From the NCBI RefSeq assembly GCF_009914755.1, contig NC_060936.1: DNA of 64,000 nucleotides; one strand, written 5' to 3'. Shown in pieces: positions 39,601 through 52,400 of this stretch; positions within the stretch are counted from its first letter, which is position 1; every line of letters starts with the position of its first letter. The position numbers were made by a program, and so were the translations under genes. The notes under the pieces were generated by a model. That model saw only the letters and a list, made by a program, of their open reading frames with translations, was not told the origin of the DNA and made no database searches. The stretch comes from the human T2T-CHM13v2.0 reference genome, Homo sapiens.

Positions 39601-42600
39601 TGCACAAATAGGGTGTTTCAAATCTGCTCTGTCTAAAGGAAGGTTCAACTCTGTGAGTTGAATACACACACCACACATAAGTTACTGAGAATTCTTCTGT
39701 CGAACATTACAGGAAGAAATCCCGTTTCCAACGAAGGCCTCAAAGAGGTCCAAATATCCACTTGCAGACATTACAAACAGAGTGTTTCCAAACTGCTCCA
39801 TCAAAAGAAAGGTTAAACTCTGTGAGCTGAACACACACATCAAAAATAAGTTTCTGTGAATGATTCTGTCTAGATTTTATAAGAAGATGTTTCCTTTTCT
39901 ACCGTAGGCCTCAAAGCGCTTGAAATCTCCAGCTGCAAATTCCACAAAAAGGGTCATTAACATCTGCTCTTCTAAAGGAAAGTTCAACTCTATGAGTTGA
40001 ATACACACAGCACAAAGAAGTTACTGAGAATTCTCCTATCAAACATTATATGAAGAAATCCCGTTTCCAACGAAGGCCTCAAAGAGGTCCAAATATCCAC
40101 TTGCAGACATTACAAACAGAGTGTTTCCAAACTGCTCCATCAAAAGAAAGGTTAAACTCTTTGAGCTGAACACACACATCAAAAAGAAGTTTCTGTGAAT
40201 GATTCTGTCTAGATTTTGTAAGAAGATGTTTCCTTTTCTACCGTAGGCCTCAAAGCGCTTGAAATCTCCAGCTGCAAATTCCACAAAAAGGGTGTTTAAC
40301 ATCTGCTCTTCTAAAGGAAAGTTCAACTCTATGAGTTGAATACACACAGCACAAAGAAGTTACTGAGACTTCTCCTATTAAACATTATATGAAGAAATCC
40401 CGTTTCTAACGATGGCCTGAAAGAGGTCCAAATATCTGCTTGCAGACTTTACAAAGACAGTGTCTCCAAACTCCTCCATCAAAAGAAAGGTTATACTCTG
40501 TGAATTGAACGCACACATCACAAAGTAGTTTCTGTGAATGATTCTGTCTAGTTTTTATACGAAGATATTTCCTTTTCTACATTTGGCCTAAAAGCGCTTG
40601 AAATCTCCACCTGCAAATATCACAAAAAGAGGGTTTCACATCTGCTCTCTCTAAAGGACAGTTCACCTCTGTGAGTTGAATAGAGGCAACACAAAGAACT
40701 TACTCAGTATTCTTCTTTCTAGCGTTCTATGAAGAAATCCCGTTTCCAACGAAGGCCCCAAAGACGTCCAAATATCTGCTTGCAGACTTTACAGACAGAG
40801 TGTTTCCAAACTACTCTATGAAAAGAAAGCTTAAACTCCTTGAGTTGAACGCACACATCACAAAGTAGTTTCTGAGAATGATTCTGTCTAGTTTTTATAC
40901 GAAGATGTTTCCTTTTCTACATTTGGTCTCAAAGCGATTGAAATCTCCAACTGGAAACTGCACAAATAGGGTGTTTCAAATCTGCTCTGTCTAAAGGAAG
41001 GTTCAACTCTGTGAGTTGAATACACACAGCACAAATAAGTTACTGAGAATTCTTCTGTCGAACATTACTTGAAGAAATCCCGTTTCCAACGAAGGCCTCA
41101 AAGAGGTCCAAATATCCACTTGCAGACATTACAAACAGAGTGTTTCCAAACTGCTCCATCAAAAGAAAGGTTAAACTCTGTGAGCTGAACACACACATCA
41201 AAAAGAAGTTTCTGTGAATGATTCTGTCTAGATTTTATAAGAAGATGTTTCCTTTTCTACCGTAGGCCTCAAAGCGCTTGAAATCTCCAGCTGCAAATTC
41301 CACAAAAAGGGTGTTTAACATCTGCTCTTCTAAAGGAAAGTTCAACTCTATGAGGTGAATACACACAGCACAAAGAAGTTACTGAGACTTCTCCTATCAA
41401 ACATTATATGAAGAAATCCCGTTTCCAACGAAGGCCTCAAAGAGGTCCAAATATCTGCTTGCAGACTTTACAGACAGAGTGTTTCCAAACTGCTCCATCA
41501 AAAGAAAGGTTAAACTCCTTGAGTTGAACACACACATCACAAAGTAGTTTCTGTGAATGATTCTGTCCAGTTTTTATACGAAGATGTTTCCTTTTCTACC
41601 TTTGGTCTCAAAGCGATTGAAATCTCCACATGGAAACTCCACAAAAAGAGTGTTTCAAATCTGCTCTTTCTGAAGGAAGGTTCAACTCTGTGAGTTGAAT
41701 ACACACACCACAAATAAGTTACTGAGAATTCTTCTGTGTAACATTATATGAGGAAATCCCGTTTCCAACGAAGGCCTCAAAGAGGTCCAAATATCCACTT
41801 GCAGACTTTACAAAGACAGTGTCTCCAAACTCCTCCATCAAAAGAAAGGTTATACTCTGTGAATTGAACGCACACATCACAAAGTAGTTTCTGAGAATGA
41901 TTCTGTCTAGTTTTTATACGAAGATATTTCCTTTTCTACATTTGGCCTAAAAGCGCTTGAAATCTCCACCTGCAAATATCACAAAAAGAGGGTTTCACAT
42001 CTGCTCTGTCTAAAGGACAGTTCACCTCTGTGAGTTGAATAGAGGCAACACAAAGAACTTACTCAGTATTCTTCTTTCTAGCGTTCTATGAAGAAATCCC
42101 GTTTCCAACGAAGGCCCCAAAGAGGTCCAAATATCCGCTTGCAGACTTTACAGACAGAGTGTTTCCAAACTGCTCCATCAAAAGAAAGGTTAAACTCCTT
42201 GAGTTGAACACACACATCACAAAGTAGTTTCTGTGAATGATTCTGTCTAGTTTTTATACGAAGATGTTTCCTTTTCTACCTTTGGTCTCAAAGCGATTGA
42301 AATCTCCACATGGAAACTCCACAAAAAGAGTGTTTCAAATCTGCTCTTTCTGAAGGAAGGTTCAACTCTGTGAGTTGAATACACACATCACAAATAAGTT
42401 AATGAGAATTCTTCTGTGTAACATTATATGAGGAAATCCCGTTTCCAACGAAGGCCTCAAAGAGGTCCAAATATCCACATGCAGACTTTACAAAGACAGT
42501 GTCTCCAAACTCCTCCATCAAAAGAAAGGTTATACTCTGTGAATTGAACGCACACATCACAAAGTAGTTTCTGAGAATGATTCTGTCTAGTTTTTATACG

Positions 42601-43455
42601 AAGATATTTCCTTTTCTACATTTGGCCTAAAAGCGCTTGAAATCTCCACCTGCAAATATCACAAAAAGAGGGTTTCACATCTGCTCTGTCTAAAGGACAG
42701 TTCACCTCTGTGAGTTGAATAGAGGCAACACAATGAACTTACTCAGTATTCTTCTTTCTAGCGTTCTATGAAGAAATCCCGTTTCCAACGAAGGCCTCAA
42801 TGAGGTCCAAATATCTGCTTGCAGACTTTACAGACAGAGTGTTTCCAAACTACTCTATGAAAAGAAAGCTTAAACTCCTTGAGTTGAACGCACACATCAC
42901 AAAGTAGTTTCTGAGAATGATTCTGTCTAGTTTTTATACGAAGATGTTTCCTTTTCTACATTTGGTCTCAAAGCGATTGAAATCTCCAACTGGAAACTGC
43001 ACAAATAGGGTGTTTCAAATCTGCTCTGTCTAAAGGAAGGTTCAACTCTGTGAGTTGAATACACACACCACACATAAGTTACTGAGAATTCTTCTGTCGA
43101 ACATTACAGGAAGAAATCCCGTTTCCAACGAAGGCCTCAAAGAGGTCCAAATATCCACTTGCAGACATTACAAACAGAGTGTTTCCAAACTGCTCCATCA
43201 AAAGAAAGGTTAAACTCTGTGAGCTGAACACACACATCAAAAATAAGTTTCTGTGAATGATTCTGTCTAGATTTTATAAGAAGATGTTTCCTTTTCTACC
43301 GTAGGCCTCAAAGCGCTTGAAATCTCCAGCTGCAAATTCCACAAAAAGGGTCATTAACATCTGCTCTTCTAAAGGAAAGTTCAACTCTATGAGTTGAATA
43401 CACACAGCACAAAGAAGTTACTGAGACTTCTCCTATCAAACATTATATGAAGAAA
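36662..43455 (-). repeat. Tandem duplication of a 3397-bp 20-mer block (D-B-C-D-A-B-A-B-C-D) x2
   Basis: Rare variants repeat at offset 3397: ttttgtaag, tctaacgatggcctga, aagacgtcc, ctatgaggtg, atatccgc, gttaatgag, acaatgaac, cacataag and ggtcattaa. Confidence 0.92.
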
Positions 43456-46400
43456 TCCCGTTTCCAACGAAGGCCTCAAAGAGGTCCAAATATCTGCTTG
43501 CAGACTTTACAGACAGAGTGTTTCCAAACTGCTCCATCAAAAGAAAGGATAAACTCCTTGAGTTGAACACACACATCACAAAGTAGTTTCTGTGAATGAT
43601 TCTGTCTAGTTTTTATACGAAGATGTTTCCTTTTCTACCTTTGGTCTCAAAGCGATTGAAATCTCCACATGGAAACTCCACAAAAAGAGTGTTTCAAATC
43701 TGCTCTTTCTGAAGGAAGGTTCAACTCTGTGAGTTGAATACACACACCACAAATAAGTTACTGAGAATTCTTCTGTGTAACATTATATGAGGAAATCCCG
43801 TTTCCAACGAAGGCCACAAAGAGGTCCAAATATCCACTTGCAGACTTTACAAAGACAGTGTCTCCAAACTCCTCCATCAAAAGAAAGGTTATACTCTGTG
43901 AATTGAACGCACACATCACAAAGTAGTTTCTGAGAATGATTCTGTCTAGTTTTTATAAGAAGATATTTCCTTTTCTACATTTGGCCTAAAAGCGCTTGAA
44001 ATCTCCACCTGCAAATATCACAAAAAGAGGGTTTCACATCTGCTCTGTCTAAAGGACAGTTCACCTCTGTGAGTTGAATAGAGGCAACACAAAGAACTTA
44101 CTCAGTATTCTTCTTTCTAGCGTTCTATGAAGAAATCCCGTTTCCAATGAAGACCCCAATGAGGTCCAAATATCTGCTTGCAGACTTTACAGACAGAGTG
44201 TTTCCAAACTACTCTATGAAAAGAAAGCTTAAACTCCTTGAGTTGAACGCACACATCACCAAGTAGTTTCTGAGAATGATGCTGTCTAGTTTTTGTACGA
44301 AGATGTTTCCTTTTCTACATTTGGTCTCAAAGCCATTGAAATCTCCAACTGGAAACTGCACAAATAGGGTGTTTCAAATCTGCTCTGTCTAAAGGAAGGT
44401 TCAACTCTGTGAGTTGAATACACACACCATAAATAAGTTACTGAGAATTCTTCTGTCGAACATTACAGGAAGAAATCCCGTTTCCAACGAAGGCCTCAAA
44501 GAGGTCCAAATATCCACTTGCAGACATTACAAACAGAGTGTTTCCAAACTGCTCCATCAAAAGAAAGGTTAAACTCTGTGAGCTGAACACACACATGAAA
44601 AAGAAGTTTCTGTGAATGATTCTGTCTAGATTTTATAAGAAGATGTTTCCTTTTCTACCGTAGGCCTCAAAGCGCTTGTAATCTCCAGCTGCAAATTCCA
44701 CAAAAAGGGTGTTTAACATCTGCTCTTCTAAAGGAAAGTTCAACTCTATGAGTTGAATACACACAGCAAAAAGAAGTTACTGAGACTTCTCCTATCAAAC
44801 ATTATATGAAGAAATCCCGTTTCCAACGAAGGCCTCAAAGAGGTCCAAATATCCACTTGCAGACATTACAAACAGAGTGTTTCCAAACTGCTCCATCAAA
44901 AGAAAGGTTAAACTCTGTGAGCTGAACACACACATCAAAAAGAAGTTTCTGTGAATGATTCTGTCTAGATTTTGTAAGAAGATGTTTCCTTTTCTACCGT
45001 AGGCCTCAAAGCGCTTGAAATCTCCACCTGCAAATTCCACAAAAAGGGTGTTTTACATCTGCTCTTCTAAAGGAAAGTTCAACTCTATGCGTTGAATACA
45101 CACAGGACAAAGAAGTTACTGAGAATTCTCCTATCAAACATTATATGAAGAAATCCCGTTTCCAACGAAGGCCTCAAAGAGGTCCAAATATCTGCTTGCA
45201 GACTTTACAGACAGAGTGTTTCCAAACTGCTCCATCAAAAGAAAGGTTAAACTCCTTGAGTTGAACACACACATCACAAAGTAGTTTTTGTGAATGATTC
45301 TGTCTAGTTTTTATACGAAGATGTTTCCTTTTCTACCTTTGGTCTCAAAGCGATTGAAATCTCCACTTGGAAACTCCACAAAAAGAGTGTTTCAAATCTG
45401 CTCTTTCTGAAGGAAGGTTCAACTCTGTGAGTTGAATACACACACCACAAATAAGTTACTGAGAATTCTTCTGTGTAACATTATATGAGGAAATCCCGTT
45501 TCCAACGAAGGCCTCAAAGAGGTCCAAATATCCACTTGCAGACTTTACAAAGACAGTGTCTCCAAACTCCTCCATCAAAAGAAAGGTTATACTCTGTGAA
45601 TTGAACGCACACATCACAAAGTAGTTTCTGAGAATGATTCTGTCTAGTTTTTATACGAAGATATTTCCTTTTCTACATTTGGCCTAAAAGCGCTTGAAAT
45701 CTCCACCTGCAAATATCACAAAAAGAGGGTTTCACATCTGCTCTGTCTAAAGGACAGTTCACCTCTGTGAGTTGAATAGAGGCAACACAAAGAACTTAGT
45801 CAGTATTCTTCTTTCTAGCGTTCTATGAAGAAATCCCGTTTCCAACGAAGGCCCCAATGAGGTCCAAATATCTGCTTGCAGACTTTACAGACAGAGTGTT
45901 TCCAAACTACTCTATGAAAAGAAAGCTTAAACTCCTTGAGTTGAACGCACACATCACAAAGTAGTTTCTGAGAATGATTCTGTCTAGTTTTTATACGAAG
46001 ATGTTTCCTTTTCTACATTTGGTCTCAAAGCGATTGAAATCTCCAACTGGAAACTGCACAAATAGGGTGTTTCAAATCTGCTCTGTCTAAAGGAAGGTTC
46101 AACTCTGTGAGTTGAATACACACACCACAAATAAGTTACTGAGAATTCTTCTGTCGAACATTACTTGAAGAAATCCCGTTTCCAACGAAGGCCTCAAAGA
46201 GGTCCAAATATCCACTTGCAGACATTACAAACAGAGTGTTTCCAAACTGCTCCATCAAAAGAAAGGTTAAACTCTGTGAGCTGAACACACACATCAAAAA
46301 GAAGTTTCTGTGAATGATTCTGTCTGGATTTTATAAGAAGATGTTTCCTTTTCTACCGTAGGCCTCAAAGCGCTGGAAATCTCCAGCTGCAAATTCCACA

Positions 46401-49400
46401 AAAAGGGTGTTTAACATCTGCTCTTCTAAAGGAAAGTTCAACTCTATGCGTTGAATACACACAGCACAAAGAAGTTACTGAGACTTCTCCTATCAAACAT
46501 TATATGAAGAAATCCCGTTTCCAACGAAGGCCTCAAAGAGGTCCAAATATCTGCTTGCAGACTTTACAGACAGAGTGTTTCCAAACTGCTCCATCAAAAG
46601 AAAGGTTAAACTCCTTGAGTTGAACACACACATCACAAAGTAGTTTCTGTGAATGATTCTGTCTAGTTTTTATACGAAGATGTTTCCTTTTCTACCTTTG
46701 GTCTCAAAGCGATTGAAATCTCCACATGGAAAAACCACAAAAAGAGTGTTTCAAATCTGCTCTTTCTGAAGGAAGGTTCAACTCTGTGAGTTGAATACAC
46801 ACACCACAAATAAGTTACTGAGAATTCTTCTGTGAAACATTATATGAGGAAATCCCGTTTCCAACGAAGGCCTCAAAGAGGTCCAAATATCCACTTGCAG
46901 ACTTTACAAAGACAGTGTCTCCAAACTCCTCCATCAAAAGAAAGGTTATACTCTGTGAATTGAACGCACACATCACAAAGTAGTTTCTGAGAATGATTCT
47001 GTCTAGTTTTTATACGAAGATATTTCCTTTTCTACATTTGGCCTAAAAGCGCTTGAAATCTCCACGTGCAAATATCACAAAAAGAGGGTTTCACACCTGC
47101 TCTGTCTAATGGACTGTTCACCTCTGTGAGTTGAATAGAGGCAACACAAAGAACTTACTCAGTATTCTTCTTTCTAGCGTTCTATGAAGAAATCCCGTTT
47201 CCAACGAAGGCCTCAAAGAGGTCCAAATATCTGCTTGCAGACTTTACAGACAGAGTGTTTCCAAACTACTCTATGAAAAGAAAGCTTAAACTCCTTGAGT
47301 TGAACGCACACATCACAAAGTAGTTTCTGAGAATGATTCTGTCTAGTTTTTATACGAAGATGTTTCCTTTTCTACATTTGTCTCAAAGCGATTGAAATCT
47401 CCAACTGGAAACTGCACAAATAGGGTGTTTCAAATCTGCTCTGTCTAAAGGGAGGTTCAACTCTCTGAGTTCAATACACACACCACAAATAAGTTACTGA
47501 GAATTCTTCTGTCGAACATTACATGAAGAAATCCCGTTTCCAACGAAGGCCTCAAAGAGGTCCAAATATCCACTTGCAGATATTACAAACAGTGTGTTTC
47601 CAAACTGCTCCATCAAAAGAAAGGTTAAACTCTGTGAGCTGAACCCACACATCAAAAAGAAGTTTCTGTGAATGATTCTGTCTAGATTTTATAAGAAGAT
47701 GTTTCCTTTTCTACCGTAGGCCTCAAAGCGCTTGAAATCTCCAGCTGCAAATTCCACAAAAAGGGTGTTTAACATCTGCTCTTCTAAAGGAAAGTTCAAC
47801 TCTATGAGTTGAATACACACAGCACAAAGAAGTTACTGAGACTTCTCCTATCAAATATTATATGAAGAAATCCCGTTTCCAAGGAAGGCCTCAAAGAGGT
47901 CCAAATATCTGCTTGCAGACTTTACAGACAGAGTTTTTCCAAACTGCTCCATCAAAAGAAAGGTTAAACTCCTTGAGTTGAACACACACATCACAAAGTA
48001 GTTTCTGTGAATGATTCTGTCTAGTTTTTATACGAAGATGTTTCCTTTTCTACCTTTGGTCTCAATGCGATTGAAATCTCCACATGGAAACTCCACAAAA
48101 AGAGTGTTTCAAATCTGCTCTTTCTGAAGGAAGGTTCAACTCTGTGAGTTGAATACACACACCACAAATAAGTTACTGAGAATTCTTCTGTGTAACATTA
48201 TATGAGGAAATCCCGTTTCCAACGAAGGCCTCAAAGAGGTCCAAATATCCACTTGCAGACTTTACAAAGACAGTGTCTCCAAACTCCGCCATCAAAAGAA
48301 AGGTTATACTCTGTGAATTGAACGCACACATCACAAAGTAGTTTCTGAGAATGATTCTGTCTAGTTTTTATACGAAGATATTTCCTTTTCTACATTTGGC
48401 CTAAAAGCGCTTGAAATCTCCACCTGCAAATATCACAAAAAGAGGGTTTCACATCTGCTCTGTCTAAAGGACAGTTCACCTCTGTGAGTTGAATAGAGGC
48501 AACACAAAGAACTTACTCAGTATTCTTCTTTCTAGCGTTCTATGAAGAAATCCCGTTTCCAACGAAGGCCCCAAAGAGGTCCAAATATCTGCTTGCAGAC
48601 TTTACAGACAGAGTGTTTCCAAAGTACTCTATGAAAAGAAAGCTTAAACTCCTTGAGTTGAACGCACACATCACAAAGTAGTTTCTGAGAATGATTCTGT
48701 CTAGTTTTTATACGAAGATGTTTCCTTTTCTACATTTGGTCTCAAAGCGATTGAAATCTCCAACTGGAAACTGCACAAATAGGGTGTTTCAAATCTGCTC
48801 TGTCTAAAGGAAGGTTCAACTCTGTGAGTTGAATACACACACCACAAATAAGTTACTGAGAATTCTTCTGTCGAACATTACTTGAAGAAATCCCGTTTCC
48901 AACGAAGGCCTCAAAGAGGTCCAAATATCCACTTGCAGACATTACAAACAGAGTGTTTCCAAACTGCTCCATCAAAAGAAAGGTTAAACTCTGTGAGCTG
49001 AACACACACATCAAAAAGAAGTTTCTGTGAATGATTCTGTCTAGATTTTATAAGAAGATGTTTCCTTTTCTACCGTAGGCCTCAAAGCGCTTGAAATCTC
49101 CAGCTGCAAATTCCACAAAAAGGGTGTTTAACATCTGCTCTTCTAAAGGAAAGTTCAACCCTATGCGTTGAATACACACAGCAGAAAGAAGTTACTGAGA
49201 CTTCTCCTATCAAACATTATATGAAGAAATGCCGTTTCCAACGAAGGCCTCAAAGAGGTCCAAATATCTGCTTGCAGACTTTACAGACAGAGTGTTTCCA
49301 AACTCCTCCATCAAAAGAAAGTTTAAACTCCTTGAGTTGAACACACACATCACAAAGTAGTTTCTGTGAATGATTCTGTCTAGTTTTTATACGAAGATGT

Positions 49401-52400
49401 TTCCTTTTCTACCTTTGGTCTCAAAGCGATTGAAATCTCCACATGGAAACTCCACAAAAAGAGTGTTTCAAATCTGCTCTTTCTGAAGGAAGGTTCAACT
49501 CTGTGAGTTGAATACACACACCACAAATAAGTTACTGAGAATTCTTCTGTGTAACATTATATGAGGAAATCCCATTTCCAACGAAGGCCTCAAAGAGGTC
49601 CCAATATCCACATGCAGACTTTACAAAGACAGTGTCTCCAAACTCCTCCATCAAAAGAAAGGTTATACTCTGTGAATTGAACGCACACATCACAAAGTAG
49701 TTTCTGAGAATGATTCTGTCTAGTTTTTATACGAAGATATTTCCTTTTCTACATTTGGCCTAAAAGCGCTTGAAATCTCCACCTGCAAATATCACAAAAA
49801 GAGGGTTTCACATCTGCTCTGTCTAAAGGACAGTTCAACTCTGTGAGTTGAATAGAGGCAACACAAAGAACTTACTCAGTATTCTTCTTTCTAGCGTTCT
49901 ATGAAGAAATCCCGTTTCCAACGAAGACCCCAAAGAGGTCCAAATATCTGCTTGCAGACTTTACAGACAGAGTGTTTCCAAAGTACTCTATGAAAAGAAA
50001 GCTTAAACTCCTTGAGTTGAACGCACACATCACAAAGTAGTTTCTGAGAATGATTCTGTCTAGATTTTATAAGAAGATGTTTCCTTTTCTACCGTAGGCC
50101 TCAAAGCGCTTGAAATCTCCACATGGAAACTCCACAAAAAGGGTGTTTAACATCTGCTCTTCTAAAGGAAAGTTCAACTCTATGAGTTGAATACACACAG
50201 CACAAAGAAGTTACTGAGACTTCTCCTATCAAACATTATATGAAGAAATCCCGTTTCCAACGATGGCCTCAAAGAGGTCCAAATATCTCCTTGCAGACTT
50301 TACAAAGACAGTGTCTCCAAACTCCTCCATCAAAAGAAAGGTTATACTCTGTGAATTGAACGCACACATCACAAAGTAGTTTCTGAGAATGATTCTGTCT
50401 AGTTTTTATACGAAGATATTTCCTTTTCTACATTTGGCCTAAAAGCGCTTGAAATCTCCACCTGCAAATATCACAAAAAGGTTGTTTCACATCTGCTCTG
50501 TCTAAAGGACAGTTCACCTCTGTGAGTTGAATAGAGGCAACACAAAGAACTTACTCAGTATTCTTCTTTCTAGCGTTCTATGAAGAAATCCCGTTTCTAA
50601 CGAAGTCCCCAAAGAGGTCCAAATATCTGCTTGCAGACTTTACAGACAGAGTGTTTCCAAACTAGTCTATGAAAAGAAAGCTTAAATTCCTTGAGTTGAA
50701 CGCACACATCAGAAAGTAGTTTCTGAGAATGATTCTGTCTAGTTTTTATACGAAGATGTTTCCTTTTCTACATTTGGTCTCAAAGCGATTGAAATCTCCA
50801 ACTGGAAACTGCACAAATAGAGTGTTTCAAAACTGCTCTGTCTAAAGGAAGGTTCAACTCTGTGAGTTGAATACACACACCACAAATAAGTTACTGAGAA
50901 TTCTTCTGTCGAACATTACTTGAAGAAATCCCGTTTCCAACGAAGGCCTCAAAGAGGTCCAAATATCCACTTGCAGACATTACAAACAGAGTGTTTCCAA
51001 ACTGCTCCATCAAAAGAAAGGTTAAACTCTGTGAGCTGAACACACACATCAAAAATAAGTTTCTGTGAATGATTCTGTCTAGATTTTATAAGAAGATGTT
51101 TCCTTTTCTACCGTAGGCCTCAAAGCGCTTGAAATCTCCAGCTGCAAATTCCACAAAAAGGGTGTTTAACATCTGCTCTTCTAAAGGAAAGTTCAACTCT
51201 ATGAGTTGAATACACACAGCACAAAGAAGTTACTGAGACTTCTCCTATCAAACATTATATGAAGAAATCCCGTTTCCAACGAAGGCCTCAAAGAGGTCCA
51301 AATATCTGCTTGCAGACTTTACAGACAGAGTGTTTCCAAACTGCTCCATCAAAAGAAAGGATAAACTCCTTGAGTTGAACACACACATCACAAAGTAGTT
51401 TCTGTGAATGATTCTGTCTAGTTTTTATACGAAGATGTTTCCTTTTCTACCTTTGGTCTCAAAGCGATTGAAATCTCCACATGGAAACTCCACAAAAAGA
51501 GTGTTTCAAATCTGCTCTTTCTGAAGGAAGGTTCAACTCTGTGAGTTGAATACACACACCACAAATAAGTTACTGAGAATTCTTCTGTGTAACATTATAT
51601 GAGGAAATCCCGTTTCCAACGAAGGCCTCAAAGAGGTCCAAATATCCACTTGCAGACTTTACAAAGACAGTGTCTCCAAACTCCTCCATCAAAAGAAAGG
51701 TTATACTCTGTGAATTGAACGCACACATCACAAAGTAGTTTCTGAGAATGATTCTGTCTAGTTTTTATACGAAGATATTTCCTTTTCTACATTTGGCCTA
51801 AAAGCGCTTGAAATCTCCACGTGCAAATATCACAAAAAGAGGGTTTCACATCTGCTCTGTCTAAAGGACAGTTCACCTCTGTGAGTTGAATAGAGGCAAC
51901 ACAAAGAACTTACTCAGTATTCTTCTTTCTAGCGTTCTATGAAGAAATCCCGTTTCCAACGAAGGCCTCAAAGAGGTCCAAATATCTGCTTGCAGACTTT
52001 ACAGACAGAGTGTTTCCAAACTACTCTATGAAAAGAAAGCTTAAACTCCTTGAGTTGAACGCACACATCACAAAGTAGTTTCTGAGAATGATTCTGTCTA
52101 GTTTTTATACGAAGATGTTTCCTTTTCTACATTTGGTCTCAAAGCGATTGAAATCTCCAACTGGAAACTGCACAAATAGGGTGTTTCAAATCTGCTCTGT
52201 CTAAAGGAAGGTTCAACTCTGTGAGTAGAATACACACACCACAAATAAGTTATTGAGAATTCTTCTGTCGAACATTACTTGAAGAAATCCCGTTTCCAAC
52301 GAAGGCCTCAAAGAGGTCCAAATATCCACTTGCAGATATTACAAACAGAGTGTTTCCAAACGGCTCCATCAAAAGAAAGGTTAAACTCTGTGAGCTGAAC

